A stretch of 64,000 bases of DNA from positions 186,001 to 250,000 of the forward strand of contig NMRA01000503.1 of NCBI GenBank assembly GCA_002633005.1, written 5' to 3'. Under the pieces are notes generated by a model that was not told where the DNA came from, did no database searches, and saw only the letters and a program-made list of their open reading frames with translations. The position numbers and the translations under genes were made by a program. Positions within the stretch are counted from its first letter, which is position 1; each line of letters opens with the position of its first letter. Origin of the DNA: Phoronis australis. Lineage: Eukaryota > Animalia > Phoronida. Of this stretch, positions 1 through 14,400 are shown piece after piece.

Positions 1-35
1 ATACAACTGTGGCAAAAATCAAATATCAGTTATAC

Positions 36-3000
36 CTTTTTTCCTTGGCTCATTGGCTGCCTTTTCGTTGGTTGTCTTCTGTGCTTGAGTATATGTAAGT
101 AAGTCACTGAACATGTAACTGATAAGGTTATTGCACCAGAGTAGTTGTAACTGGGTCATCACAGAAGGCATGGCGTCATACAGGCTGAAATACATTGTTT
201 TGAAAATGTAGTTAAGGTTTCGTTAGTTCAAACATGTTTTGTTAATAAATCAGACAAGATGGGTAACGGGCAATGTTTAGTTTGTTGCGGTTTAATGAAA
301 TAAAGCCTTGTGACCTGTGAGCAACTGTCTGGATCACATTTTGATTGTCAGATGGAGCAATGAACTCGGTTATGGTGGGACAACGGGAGTGGAAACCATG
401 TGTTAGGTGTCTGTGTAAATAGGGAGTGATTCATGATGATCAGTCGTGTTTGAGCTGTACTTGTGTACTGAGTTGGAATAAATGAATTGACTGTGGTCCT
501 GTCATATTCTTTCTCTCTATCCACAACCCATGACATAATACACGTCACATTTTCAAAAAAAAAATTTGAATGAAGACCTATTACCAAAGTTTGCTTAGTT
601 TTAAAAAGCATGTAGCTACATATCTGAAGAATCATGTGCTATACAATTCGCGAAAGAACGTAAGTACAGGAGGCCTAACAAACCCATAAAGAATTTAATT
701 AATCACGCATCACTACATAATTTTTTCCAATTTTAGACTGAAACTTAAGCCTATGGATAATCTTTCCACTTCTACTTAACCATACAAGACAGTTTGCATT
801 GATTGTTAGAGTTAAGATTTTTATATAACATTATGGGTTTTGCTATTTTGGGTAAATAAGTTTTGGGAGAAATCAACAAAGAAGGCTTAAGTGTGATTTT
901 AACTTTTACCAGAGGATATTTAAGATCTTTAAGAACACATTCCTGCAAACATGGACTTGCTGGTAACAACCCGTTCTGTGTGCATGTAGTATAATTTTCC
1001 CACAACACTGTGTAAGAGCAGAATCAACTTGTGCGGCAGAGCGGTGCAACCATCCCAGTAGTTGTTAACTCGTCAGAAAAATGAGACAAGACTATTGGGC
1101 AAAAGAGTGAAATGTCCCCAAAGGACATCCTGATAACAACCTAGTATTCAATTTATACCGAAAAGTGAGCGTATAACGCCAAGCTGATGGTAGGGACTGC
1201 GGAAAAATGTCAGGTAAATTTCACACGTTAATGAATAGGGTTACAGTTAGGATTTGGTCTGGATAAAAGACACGTACAGGGGTCCCACATTTTGAGAACC
1301 AGTTGTCTCCACAGAATAACGTGTGTTTAAACTGGTTCTCAAAATCCAGGTCCCCGGTTAGTAACTATTGCTAGGTATGTACAAACTTAAGGTATATTGT
1401 GTATGAACCTCCAATGTGTTAGATTACAAATAAGATTAGAAGGCAATGTTCACCTCTGATCAGATTTCTGTGACAACCAGCCAAGAACAGGATGCCAGTG
1501 TGTAGCTTTGTTCTCCTTGTTCTTCAAACATTTATCACAGTTCTCCAGAAGTGTAGTCAATACAAACTGGAACATCAAGTCACCAACAGTCATCATCACT
1601 TACACCATATGCTACACAACTCTTTACTTACACTCAGCATATTTTAGGGGCATTTAGATATTCTAAAATACAGGTTCAAATAACAACACCAATACCAACA
1701 CAAACCAACTCAACCTATTGTGTGGCAAGACAGTAGAATGTAGCGGCGTTAACACTAACAAATGATTTAAATTCCCAAGTCTCCAAACAAAAAACCGCTA
1801 GTAAAAATAAACAAGCTTGTGGTTCGAGTTATTGAAATCCAAACCATTATTGATCATTCAGAGACAGTGATTGGGGAATGGCATCACCTGTAAGGTAGTT
1901 TCCTCAAATTTGAGCAAAAATAATGGCCAAAACTGTCAAACGCTCACTGTACTGCCAAAAATGTTAAAAATTTCATTGTGTGTTTACTGATGACAGATGT
2001 ACTACATAAAGTTTTCAAATAATAAAGCACAATAGTCTTCTTGTTTAATACTCGTAAATCCTGATAAAATAAAAATTTCAATGTTCCGCCATATTGTGTT
2101 CTAATTTGAAGAAACTTTGCGTACTAGAAAATTTTGACCCCACTTAAAAAAAAAAATTGACTTGTTTTAATTACCAAATTCAGGTGTCATATTTTAATTT
2201 TTCAAGACATTTACAACAAATTATAAATATTATCAGCGTTAGGGATATTTTTGGACACTAATTATGTTTTGACCAGTGAAAAATTCCAAACAAGTTTCTG
2301 CAGCGACTTACTGTAAATTTCTCCTTCAAAGGAATAAGGTTGTCACCTTCTTGACTCCCTAACTGAACAATGTTAGCTGAAAAGTAAAGGTAACTATCAT
2401 ATAATGACAAAACAGGGGATAGTCCCCACAGGGAAATCATGCATTATCTAGTCATTAAACCTGCTGATACAAGAGAACTTACATGCCACTAACATTTAAA
2501 GCCTGAATCAATTACTGGGAAAAGAACAGTGTTCTAGCACCTAGCAGAATATATAGTGTCCGACACTGTATACAGTATTTGACAAAGATTTCTTGACAGC
2601 TTTTAGTCACATCATGACAATTGCAAGAAAGTTTTTTGAAGGACTTAGTTTTTGAGGTTTCAATTCTTGTTAAAGACATCAATTTTACATAAAATGTAAG
2701 ACGAAATTACATAGGATCCCAGTCACTGATACATACGTATTGCAACTCAAGGAACTTTGATTGTTACATTATTGGCTAATGCACAATGACAAATGCTTTG
2801 CATAGCTTGGTTAACAGTTTTCAATTTGAGACAGTCTCTAGAATTTGGAATGAACAATATTGACAATTTCTAATATTTGGTACAAGATCTGACCAAGAAC
2901 AAAATAATTAATTTTTCAGTGTCCCAAAACTAAAGGATAGTTACCGAAATTGCAACGTGATGTATATTAGTACTGACAATGCTTTTGTGGTTTGCAAACT

Positions 3001-6000
3001 TTTATAAAACTGGTTCAAGTGAACAGAAGTAAATGTTGCTGGTGATTACCAAGCAGACACAGAGTATAGTTGCTCTCCAGTGTACTGCAAACGATCCGCA
3101 TGTTCTGTGACTCACATAGGAAGTCAAGGAGTTTAGCAAACAATCCAGAATTGACCAGACTTGACAAAACCTAGAAACGTAAATGCAGGAAAATACCTGT
3201 TACGACGTTTACAATAAATAGACAAGAGTTTTGTGATGACAGACTTTACACATAGATGAAAGATAAACATACGAAGAGCTAAAAACAATATTATTATTAC
3301 ATCACCTTACTTATGAATTATCGCAATAATAAAAAATGGTTGACAGTAACTGTAATGGATGTATCTCTACTGTTTACTACATATTACATAATACAATGGA
3401 TCGGCTGATATTATCCAGTACCTCCGAAGCTAAGTTTGACAGGTGGTGAATGAGAGCAGGTATAGCCAAGACCTGTAGAGTGAACACTGTCATCAGGTGC
3501 TGAGAATAGTTGGCAGCTACTAGTGGTCTGAAAGGAAAATGTAATGTCAGGATGTATGGTTAACACATGGACACAATTGTGATGTCCACCAACACACCAT
3601 TTTTTCATCAGCTGCAATTCAGTAATGGACTGATGAACCGACCAGATGCAATGTTATTTGAGTGTAACTGAGCGTAATTATAGCTCACTGAATCTAGCTG
3701 TAAAATGAATGTCTTATTTACATATAACTTATACTTACCTCAAAGAAATAGTCATGATTGCAGATAAAGTAGCTCTTTTTAAAGTGACTTGCTTCCTAGC
3801 TAAGCCTCTCATCAACAAGTTCTACAACACGAAAAACAAACATTCTACACAAGAAGACTTGATCCATGAAGTGACCAAATAAAATTCTATAATTCTAATT
3901 TTCCCTGATCATGGTGAAGACTTCCTTTGAACGAATCTTGGAAGTCAAGACATCTATACATTTCAACTCCTAGAGTGTCTGAAAATCGACACAAACTGAT
4001 CAAACGTCAAAAGATATGACCCTACTGTCTACTTATTTTCTATTCTTAGTTTCAGTCACCGATGAAGCAGTTCAAAAAGTATTCACAACTAATCAGAGAA
4101 TCCAAGGCAACAAACAATCAAAGGGCAACTCAAGCAATTCAAAACAATAGGCATCGAAGATGAATCATAACACATAGTCAGTAGCCTACTCCCTTGTGAT
4201 CAGCTAACTCCTCTACTGAATGGAGACAGACCACCAAGCCTACATTGTTCTCATTAAGTGGTCAACTTGATTAGATTAGAGGACAGAGATCACTGGATAT
4301 CAACGTGACTCTCTATTGCTACTTTATTGTCGGTGAAAGGAGCAGTTTTAAAACTTACTTCAAATAAATATTGACTTGACTTGAACCCAAAGCTAGATGA
4401 GTATCCCAGTGACCATCACAGTATTGCTATACAATAGATGTTTACTCAGACTTAATCGAGAGTTATAAAAGTCAGGTTCTTGCATAATCTATCGAAATTA
4501 AAAGCCGTGGCTATAGACAGTGTAATAAGGTTCAAACAAACATGGAGCAGATGCTCTTTTTATTTAAATTTCTTGTTTGTTGTTCAATATCTTTCCGAAA
4601 TAAAGATCTTGGCAATGCGACCAGTGTAATGAGTAACATCCTGGGAAAACTTTAATGCATACCTTAAACACAGAGTACATGCCCTTTTTGTGTAGCTCTC
4701 CCATTAAGTTTGAGCACAGTTGGTTCAACCCACTCTTGAGTGCCTCGCCAATCTTCCCTTTGAAAACCTTCCACGTTGCAGTGCTTGTGAATGTGAGCAA
4801 CATGTGCAGGTAAACCGTGATGGACCGAAGGTCGGAGGCCGACTCAGGCTGCAAAATAATACCAAACTATACCATAATACAACACATTGAATAGCTATCA
4901 ACATGCCTGCCTACCATCACAAAAATTTTCAATCAAACTACATACTGCTGTGAAATTGGTCTTAATTTATTTGTTAGTCAAATTAAAAGCACCAAAAGAA
5001 TGAAACAATTTGTTATTACTCGAGACCAAACTCTACTAGTTGGCTTGACATGGCGTGTCATTTTGTGTGGCGTTGCATTGTCTCAAGGACAACTAAACTG
5101 TCAGTTCTTTTCAAACCCATAAACCCCTTCTCACCTGAGTAAGAAACAAGTTGAGACCAACTTTATAGCAGCAAGTGGCTTAAATCAAAAGTTTGCTTCG
5201 TGGATGAATGTGTTAGTTTACAGCTGCTCTAAAGCAATTTATCCCTAGCGTAGCAAGTGTTGCAATGAGATCAGTCACTAGCCTGGGACCTTTAGATTTG
5301 CATTCTTAAATATGTCAGTTATCTAAAGGTCAATTATCAATAAGTAGCGCACGGTAAGCGTATTCAGTAACTAATCTCTCGGATGTCATTCACCAATCAG
5401 AATCTCATATTCTCAAGACCAGGCCCACAGAGGTGTAAGAAGGACACACCCAGCTTTGACAGGATTTAAAAAGGTATTTAAAGGCTATGAGTAGAAGAGA
5501 TCTTTTTCTTAGAACTGCAGCACAGCGATTTCAATAGAAAACAGGCCCCTATATCACCACTGTTTATATATTTTTTCTGGTTCCCTCGTATGTGTGAATG
5601 TGTAGGCCTGTGCATGTGAGTTCAAACAATGTATACTTATCTTAATGTGCTTTACTTCATAACGAAAAGTATAGAAAATACAAAAGACGTAACAACAGCT
5701 AGCCAAGAGAAAACTGTCCACATATTGAGAGTCTGGGCTTACTAGGTAAAAATTATTGGAGAGATATGCCCTGACATTTCCTTATAACTGAGAGCCAAGA
5801 CTCACCTTGAGTTGATCTAAGTACGAACAACACTTTAACAGTATTGTTTTAATCTGATGAATCCAAAGTAACATGTGATCTTTAGACAAGGCCAGAGAAA
5901 CGTAACTCTTCTGAAATCAGAACAGACGGTATCAGTAAATGACAGTAAAAACGAAAAAACATGAGGTGAACAAGTTTATTTTTAGAGCAGCTAAAAATCC

Positions 6001-9000
6001 GCCTTCCAAGAGAGAAATCAATGAAACTTTTGATTTGGACCACTTACCAACTAATATGAAAATTGCAGGTGATTCCAGGACTTCAACAGAGCTGACAGTT
6101 ACTAGAGACCAAGCTCCCCACGTAGACTTGCTACAGTGTGTCATTTCATGTGACGAGCATAGTCGCAAGAATTAACGATCTGCCAGTGATTTGAAAACCA
6201 GGATATCACTTCTCACTAGAGTAAGGAACAAGTTGAGACCTGCCATTTTATAGCGATAAGTGGGCTAAATCCTAACTTTGTTTCTTGGGTAGAATGCGAG
6301 TTTATGGCTGCTTTAATTGCTTCTTTCAAATCACAAATGGTTTAATTACTGCCTTATTACGATATCCTAGCAATCTTTCATGAGGTTTTGTGAAAACTAT
6401 TCAAGCCCTCAAGTCACAAATACTCACCTTAAGATCTTCAGATTCCATGGACATTAGTAGATATTTACATATGAAGTCAAAACACTGCAATAAAAAATGT
6501 CTTCATAAGAAAATTAGCTCACAACATTTTTTTCATTCCATTAGGTCAAAAAAGCATATCTGGTTCTGGTCTGTTTTCTTTTTTGAAAATCGAATCAGTA
6601 TTTTTAATTACCCACCTTTTTAAAAAAGAAAATTAACCTGGAATGAGCAAAAATGATACAGGATTTCTTTTTTTGCTAATACATTGGCAAGTCATGCGCT
6701 CCAAACCTTGCTTATCCTTACTTAAGTGCCCTTGTGCAGCTTTTCAAAAAAAGCACAAGACTTACTCTGAAACTGATGCGAGTGAGCATTTTTTCAGCCG
6801 GTGTAAAGACCAGAGGTTCGATCCCTAAAAAGTGACTTAAGGCAGAAATTTGGTGTTAGCTCCGACTTCACAGCTGCTGAAAACCTGTTTAGTATAATAA
6901 TTATCAGTGTAGCACATTCAAGAAATAATTCATAAAAATTATCTCTGTAACTAGTAAGACTTAACTATCTCTCAGAAATAGTTCTGAGGAGAGTAACACT
7001 AAATTTCTAAGTATTGAGCCACTTTTCATGAAACAGACCCAAAACCAAATGTGCTTTTTTGTTCATATTAGGAAAAAGGAAACATAAAACATGTCATAAG
7101 GTAGAGCGTCTAACAAGAGCAAAAATCACCATAAAAATTCTCAACAATATGGGAGAATAGAGGAATTATACTTTCAAAAATATCTCAACAAAAATAACCA
7201 TCAAGAAAATTTAATTGAATGATAAATACCATCATTTGTACACTGTGCATTTAAATGGACAACTGACCCAGCACAAGGTAACCACACACTCTTTACACTC
7301 TTCCAAAAAGGGTGACAAAACGGAAATTTTGTGTTACATCAATTTGCACCACATCAAAGTTTGTTGCATATGCAGACCTTTGAAAAGTGTAACACAGCCA
7401 TTGCCTTGAGACGGATCGCTGCACTTATTCAGAGCTCAAGTCTGGTGACAAAGTTAACTTATATATCAGAGGAGAGACAGACCAGCAAGCCCCTATTGTT
7501 CACATTCAAGGGACACTTTGACCAGATAAGAGGATTAGTTCCACTGGGAAGTAACCATGCCCATTACCTAAATAGAGTATTAATACATAACAGATGTTTA
7601 CTACAACTTAATCATCTCTTAGTTCATACAGAATCTTGCGTAACTAGTTGCTACCAAAAACACCAAAACTTCACCAATTTAGGATAGAGACGGACAAGTG
7701 AAATTTTATTTTCTAATTTTATCCATAAAAGATACAGCACAAGATTAATGTTTTTCTACTTTCAAGTTCAGTGCCACAGCTTCCAGTAGACATTTAAAAA
7801 AATGAAGATATTCAGAGCAATGTTGGAACCTCTTGAAAATTAAGAAATGGCTATTTTGGGTAATTACTAAATTTGACCCAAATCGAGTCTTTACCAATAT
7901 GTCATGCAGACCTTGGCTTGACCAGTTTTAAATTTTAGCATATTTATGGGTTCTTCTGGATTCTCTGTTTGTCACCAGACAACTAAATAGAAGCAGTAGA
8001 AGCAATCACCTGCTCATTAGCATTAGTCTTGTGAAGGACCAGGTAGCGCTGAAGGAGTTGAAACACCCGAGCTGCACTATGCAGCTCTGGCTTGTAATCC
8101 CCATCATAGTTGTCAGGGATCTTTAGCAATGAGGCAAGTTCCTTCCTAGAACAGAACAGAATCTTTAGCGAGATGGTTTTAAGACATATCACATAATTGG
8201 AAGTCATTATTAAACCACGCCATCACAAATAGAAAGCAACAACTGAAAATTATTATTTGGGTGGAGTGCTAATGGTCGTAACATCAATTTTTAACAAAAG
8301 CTCCACTCTTAAATTAGCATGTCTCAAACCAATCTTCTTTTATTTACGTTTTAATAGGAAATAGAGTTAACAAACCTACTTACCTAACAGCACACTTCAA
8401 TGTCTTCCTAGTTGAGTAACCTCGGTAGTAAGCCTGAATTTAAAATTTACAAGCAGTTTTCAGAAAGAAGTCATCACAGACTTTTACTAGCACTGCACAC
8501 AGGTGACTTCTCTAAGAGAGTAGATTCAAATAAAGGGGGTACATTTACACATCAAAACAACTTTTAAAACAGGTGGGTGCACAATTTGCAATCAGTGAAG
8601 CTTTGACCTTTGCTCTTTAACACAGGCCCCTAATCATCAAGAATTCTTGGCCCTTGGGCCCCCATAGTTGAAACCTTCATCCCTTAACAATGGTTGACAC
8701 CAACTTTTCCACCCCAGTTGTGACATATCAATGTTAATCAATTAGAAATCAAGTGATTTGGGATAAAATGGACCTCATTTGCTGATCAGCAGACCCTCAA
8801 CTGCTGAGAAGCATCCGTTGTGCCGCCCCTTAGCTGGGAGCATGCAAATAAAAGCCCAGAAAGCGCACAGCACAAACACAGCATTGCTATTCCCTTGCGT
8901 ATAGTGAGCTGTGAATATCATAGTGATAAACCTGTGGCCATCTTTTCATAGCCAGTCTTTTGTTAGTGTTGGCTATGTCTTCTGACATATTATGTTCTGG

Positions 9001-9630
9001 TCATTAAAACGTATTAGTTTAAGTTATCAGACTTATGCCCTGTTCACACCAAAGAAGTTAAAACTCTTAAAACTGATCTAAAGGATACAACTCTCCATAT
9101 GAACACTTTAAAACAACTGGTTTTAAAAGTTTTAACTGTATCACGGTTATAACTCCTGGTGAGAGAGGTTTAGCCAGAGGTTTTAACTGTTCTAACTTGT
9201 TGTGAACACAGCAGTTATAAAAGTTTTAAGTCAGTAGATGGCGCTGCAGTCAAAGCTTGTTGGAAACAATGGCGCAATAAGACACAAACTGGGGTGAATT
9301 GGAACCATGACCTAAGGATACAACAGGTTTAACTGTTGGCGTGAATGGCAACACTAACAATTACGGAAAGAGATACAACCAAGTTTAGTTGGACTGAACA
9401 CAGATTTTGCTTCAGCATGCTTAATAACAGAAACCAGTGTCTACCCTGATGGACAGTGAACTGAGGAAAGCACTGGTTCTGCAATACAATCAACAAAATG
9501 ACCAAGCCAGTGTCACCTGTATCTTAGTGCACATTTCATCTCGGCGTTTTTCTTCATGTCTTTCCCGTCTGGCAGCCTTTGCTTGATCGAGAAAGTTTCC
9601 CTTTTTGTTTAGGTCAGGCTTGGCGAACAT
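36..9630 (-). CDS. UBE3B: HECT E3 ubiquitin ligase UBE3B, N-terminal 12 coding exons; gene continues past the left edge
   Basis: Phase-compatible GT-AG exons 9630-9517, 8433-8384, 8145-8010, 6484-6428, 5910-5806, 4848-4663, 3821-3739, 3527-3422, 3170-3050, 2376-2312, 1566-1454, 184-36. Translation [48 protein letters not shown] (IQ motif) ... [20 protein letters not shown] ... [15 protein letters not shown] ... [12 protein letters not shown] matches recalled UBE3B motifs. The HECT domain is outside the window. Confidence 0.93.
1276..1356. repeat. ~80-bp hairpin-type dispersed repeat
   Basis: ttttgagaaccagtt ... aactggttctcaaaa inverted arms. Related copies in the opposite orientation at ~15337-15414 and ~16189-16267. 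Confidence 0.7.
5095..5235. repeat. Dispersed repeat family member (core cttctcacctgagtaagaaacaagttgagaccaactttatagc)
   Basis: Related copies at ~6207-6310 (+), ~15040-15165 and ~15890-16015 (-), ~28180-28290, ~52505-52610 (+), ~61145-61190 (+). Confidence 0.8.
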
Positions 9631-9956
9631 GATGCTATGGTACACCTCTATAACACTGAAAAAACAAGAAATTTAGTGAATGTATATTGATGACTATGAA
9701 TCCTGCTAACAGAGGGGCATGGCGTCATGCTCCCTGGTGAAGCACGGTGTAAAAATGGCCACTTGCCGATTTGGGCAACTGAATGAAGGACTTGTTGGAA
9801 AAAATTTGATTGCGGGAATGGGAAGAGACATCAACAGCCTCCTAAGGTGTCCCTCTATGTGCAAAATGCTACTTGTTTTGATGATTTAATCAGTGTCAGG
9901 CATATTTCACTGAAAAGCTTCTGCCATGTGACAGCCCTATGGAATGGTCAGCGTGT

Positions 9957-10485
9957 CTAGGGCCAGTTGAGACTGTGGTACTGTCTAGCGCAATTATAAA
10001 CAGTACTGCCATCTCAACTGGCTGCAGTAAAGCTGGTGGCCATCCCATAGGCTCTCTATACACCGGAAGCTTTTGGGCGAATTATGCCTCACACTGATTA
10101 AACAATCAAAGTCGGTTTGTTATTAGTACCTTTAGCGCGTGGAGGGACACCTTAGGAAGCCCATTTTTACACTGCTTGCGCTAAGGGATATGATGCCATA
10201 TCCCTTGGCATGAGCAGCGCAGATTACGGGAGTATTTGTTCGAGCAAGTAGAAGAGTAAAGACATCAATCATGATCAATGGACCTAATTTAGGCTTCCCT
10301 CTATGGGCAAAAGGCACTTATAGCAACAGGACTTGGACGATTAAATCAGTGCGAAGCATAATTCGCTTCTAGCGTATAGAGGGCCAATGGGATGGCCATC
10401 ATCTCTACTTAACTCTACAGTCACTACTGGCGCCAGTCGAGACGATGGTATTAGCGCACATCAGAACAGTGTAGTACAGGCCTAG
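9957..10485. mobile_element. Foldback/MITE with long imperfect inverted arms in UBE3B intron 1
   Basis: Arm ~10005-10102 (gtggccatcccataggctctctatac ... cgaattatgcctcacactgatt) is the reverse complement of ~10339-10452. Outer boundaries are approximate. Confidence 0.7.
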
Positions 10486-10542
10486 GCAATTACATCGCCC
10501 TGGAAATTCAATCAGGCAACAGTAGCGAGGAAAATTTTATAC

Positions 10543-10775
10543 CCATCCAGACTCTAGTTCCCATGGCATCGTGGTGCACCATTTTCGAACATGTCAAATG
10601 GAAACAATACGCTAAATTCAGGACGAACCGGCAACAATGTTTATTGTTGTTTTCCAGTCAAAAGTTTACTTTTCGGTCTAGACTCCAGGTAGCGCTTCGG
10701 TACTTCCGGTTGAAATGGAGTGGCAATTTATTTCAGGAGCACGGTACCCTTGATTGCACAACGTAGTCGTAAGTA
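10543..10775. promoter_or_regulatory. Probable bidirectional promoter and non-coding first exons of UBE3B (-) and SBDS (+)
   Basis: CpG-richer island between divergent genes. ETS/GABP-like ACTTCCGG at 10702-10709, minus-strand donor candidate GG|GTATAA near 10542, plus-strand donor GTAAGT at 10769. Both start codons lie just downstream of acceptor sites, so upstream UTR exons are needed. Confidence 0.6.
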
Positions 10776-11442
10776 AACTTCGTCTTCTTCCAGTGTATAC
10801 AGTCTCGATACCTAGTCTAAAGCGAAAAATTAAGGTGCATTTACATTTCCATTGGAGAAGCACCTTGAAGGCTTGCCGCTTGAAGTTGAAGCAAGGCAGC
10901 TGTTTTGTCACTATCTGCTCTCACTCACAGTGACTCACACACGCAGTGCTGTGCTTGTCTAGTGCTGGAATCCGTGGGCATAGTCATAGACGTAGGCGTA
11001 ACCGTTGTTGTGAATGTAGGTTTATTGCAGAGCAGACATAACCTCAGGTGCTCGAGATGTAATGTTTCTTAAACATACAACCATGTACTACTACTATGAA
11101 ATACTGGTAATAGTACTGGTTCTCTTTCCATGCATAGTCAATTGGTGATGGTGTGATGCTCTATTTTATGGCACTCAAAGCCAACTCTTGGGATCGCGCC
11201 ACATATTTTGCAGCAGAATTTATAAGGGAATGACGGCAATTTTTAACTCTGGTAACCTACTGACTTACTAAAGCTGGAGTCAAGGAAAGGTGTGGTTTTT
11301 AATGACGTTCTGGTGCAACATGTGTATCAGTTGATCCTAGAAGTGTTGTCAACAGCTTAGTTACACTGATATCTTAGAAATTACAACCATTGTACGAATA
11401 TTTTGTCATTGTGTGTCTTGTTGTATTGCTTTCAGAGTCACC

Positions 11443-14400
11443 ATGGCTACAATATTCACCCCCACAAATCAGAAGCGGCTCACAAATGTGGCTGTTGTAC
11501 GCATGAAAAAAGGAGGCAAACGATTTGAGATAGCCTGCTATCCTAATAAAGTAACTTCATGGAGAAATAAAGTGTAAGTGACAATTCCATTTGGCAAACA
11601 TCCCAAAATTAAGTCTGTCTCGTCTGACCTCGCATTCGGGGGAACTAAATATGTTAAGTTCACGAACTGTAAATTGTGTTTGTCTTCAAAATACTTCCAT
11701 TGGCTTCTCCCAATACAGCTTACTTCAATAGTTTGTCATTTTATTGTAAAGTGTCTGTTACTGAATGGGGTTTAGTCTTTAATGCATAAATGATATTTAT
11801 TAAATCAATACTCGTCTTTAATTTCCGATTCCATAGTTTGATTTAGAGTGTTTGAGTATTGAGCTTTATGATATTTGTTTAGCTGCCAAACAGAGTTTTC
11901 TTTTCATATAGCATTTGATTTAGGTTAGTGTACTTTTTCAGTGAGACCGACATTGATGAGGTGCTTCAAACACACACAGTTTTCCTGAACGTCTCAAAAG
12001 GACAAGGAGCCAAGAAGGATGATCTGATGAAATCTTTTGGAACAGACAACCAGTCTGAAATATGCTTACAGGTAATGGTTCTGGTAGTCCCTGTGCTGCA
12101 CTCGAGTGAAACTTCATGCGTGTATCCTGATGGAGTCTAGGGCCATCATCTTTTGTAGCACTGCAGTGGAGAAATGTCAAAAAAATCTGTGTTTGTTCAT
12201 TGTCGGACAATCTTACATATCTGGGTCGTGGCCTGAACTTGAAGACCCACAAAGCACTAATTAGGTCAAGGTCAAGGTGCAAACTTTAAACTGAACTAAA
12301 TCAGGTTAACAATGGCGACACATCTTCCCGTTGAAGTAATCAGTGAACTCTCTCATATTCCGGTTGAAGTAATCAGTGAACTTTCTCATCTTCCCGTTGA
12401 AGTAATCAGTGAACTCTCTTGGGTCCACGATTTTAACACATGTACTCGGGAACGCCAACTCAATGTATGTGAAAATGAAAAACAAAGGTTTCTACCCGAA
12501 ATCGTGAACCAGAACAAAGATGGCACCAGAAAGGGTTTTTAGTAATATAAATTATTTAACAGGAAAGCCTGTACTGCTTACTGATATTCTTAACACCTGA
12601 TCTAAACTTAATCACATTTATCTTCATTGCGTATTATGAAACAATAATCTGTTTGCGGTGCGCATTTCCAACTAGAACCTAAAAAATGACAAAAAATATT
12701 TCAAAAAGTGATTTCTAAGTCCGGCTATTTTGACATCATTCAATCGCAGGGATTGAGAAGCCTAACAATGCCACAAATGTCATTTTTAGTCAGAAAGTTT
12801 TATTTTCAATTGTGTTGCATTTAACGAAAATTTTCATATACAATTGAATGTAACTGTTGATTCATCTCATTTCAAACTTGAAACAAATCTAGATTCATTG
12901 TTCAAATATAAATGTGTCCTCTCATTATAGTATCGCTATTTTGTGAGCCAGGTACATGCATGCACAACCTCCATTAAAGTTAAGTTGCAGTTGTGAATCT
13001 TTCGAAATGCATTTCAGATTCTGGCTAAGGGTGAGTTACAAGTCTCGGAGAAAGAGCGCCACGCCCAACTAGAGTCCATGTTTCGTGACATTGCTACAAT
13101 TGTCAGTGACAAGTGTGTGAACCCAGAATCCAAGAGGCCTTACACTGTAACGCTATTGGAGAAAGCCATGAAGGACATCCACTTCTCTGTGAAGCCTACA
13201 AAAAGTGCCAAGCAACAGGTCTTCTTTTGTGGTACCAAGAGTTTTCGCAAACAGCCCCTTCCCCCAAATATGTGCTCATGGGCTGATACTGTAAAATCTC
13301 ATCAATTTGAGATACGACAGGGTATACAAGAGAAATTTTCTCATTTTTTCATAAAAGATTAGAAGCTACAAATTAATGCTTTATAATGTTCAGGCTCTTT
13401 ATCATAGTTACGACCAGGCAATATTTTCAAAAAACAGCATTCAGAAGAAGTCGAAAAATGAAAAATGGCAGTTTCAACTATTATTTTTTACCAGAATTTG
13501 TGAGCTCTTTCCATATTAGGAAAGTTTTTTGGATGTGAGAATACAATTACAATTTCTCAGAGTTTGTAGGATTTCCTGGAAGTAAAAAGTGTCGCCAGGA
13601 GTCTCTACAAAAGTAACATCGGAGGAAGTAACCAAACAACTTATATTAGAATTTTCACAATTTGCTGCAATGTGAGTAGCCGTAGACAGATTGAAAACTG
13701 CCAATTTTAGAAACTAGTTTTGTTCCAAACTGAAGAGTTTTTTTACCAAAAAAATTGTTCTGGGGTGTTTCAGAACAGGAGTAGAAGTGCTAGACACTGG
13801 TGAGATACTTGCAACCAAAAATCTTTGGTCAATGAACAGTTATCGTGAATTTTTCTCATAATTCGACATTGCAGCCTTGCCAAGTCACTTTAATGGTAGC
13901 CATTTTGCTAGTTGATGCTTAACAAGATGCACACATAATGTTGTGTGATCTTATGAAATTCGCGAGAAACCATTTCCAAGAAACATACAACTGTGACTGG
14001 CTAAAGACAGGAAGTTGGTCTTGCGCTTCACAAAACTATTTCTGAAAAGTAGCTTAAACTCACTTAACATTTATCAAACGATTTAAAGCCTATCTTCAAT
14101 GGTAACACCAGTAAATTTGGTTCCTACAGTATGTGAAGAGCATTGCTCTGAGCCAACTACTGCAATAAATTGCCAAATGTAACGAACCATTAGGCGTATT
14201 GGCTTGCTTTTGTCTACGTCACTGCTAGAATCACCTTTTCATTCGAACATCTGCGAATGACATCCGCACGCAATGGTGTTCTATTCAGACCCCTATTCAA
14301 TACAACTGTTATCGGCCTTTTGTTGTTTGTGCTGGGATCTCACAGTGATGCAACATGGCATGAAAAGGCAGGTTCACCTATCATTAGACGGACTTACATT

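Noticed and set aside
348-1008. Minus-strand ORFs as extra UBE3B exons
   Set aside because: Exons 1566-1454 and 184-36 join in phase and follow the UBE3B sequence without them.
9037-9350. Harbinger-like MITE (gccctgttcacac ... gtgaacaca) with CTCF-like cagtagatggcgc
   Set aside because: Internal inverted motifs are visible, but termini and TSD could not be defined; a single motif match is not sufficient.
12312-12542. ORF with repeated [11 protein letters not shown]
   Set aside because: Translation of an intronic 33-bp tandem repeat.
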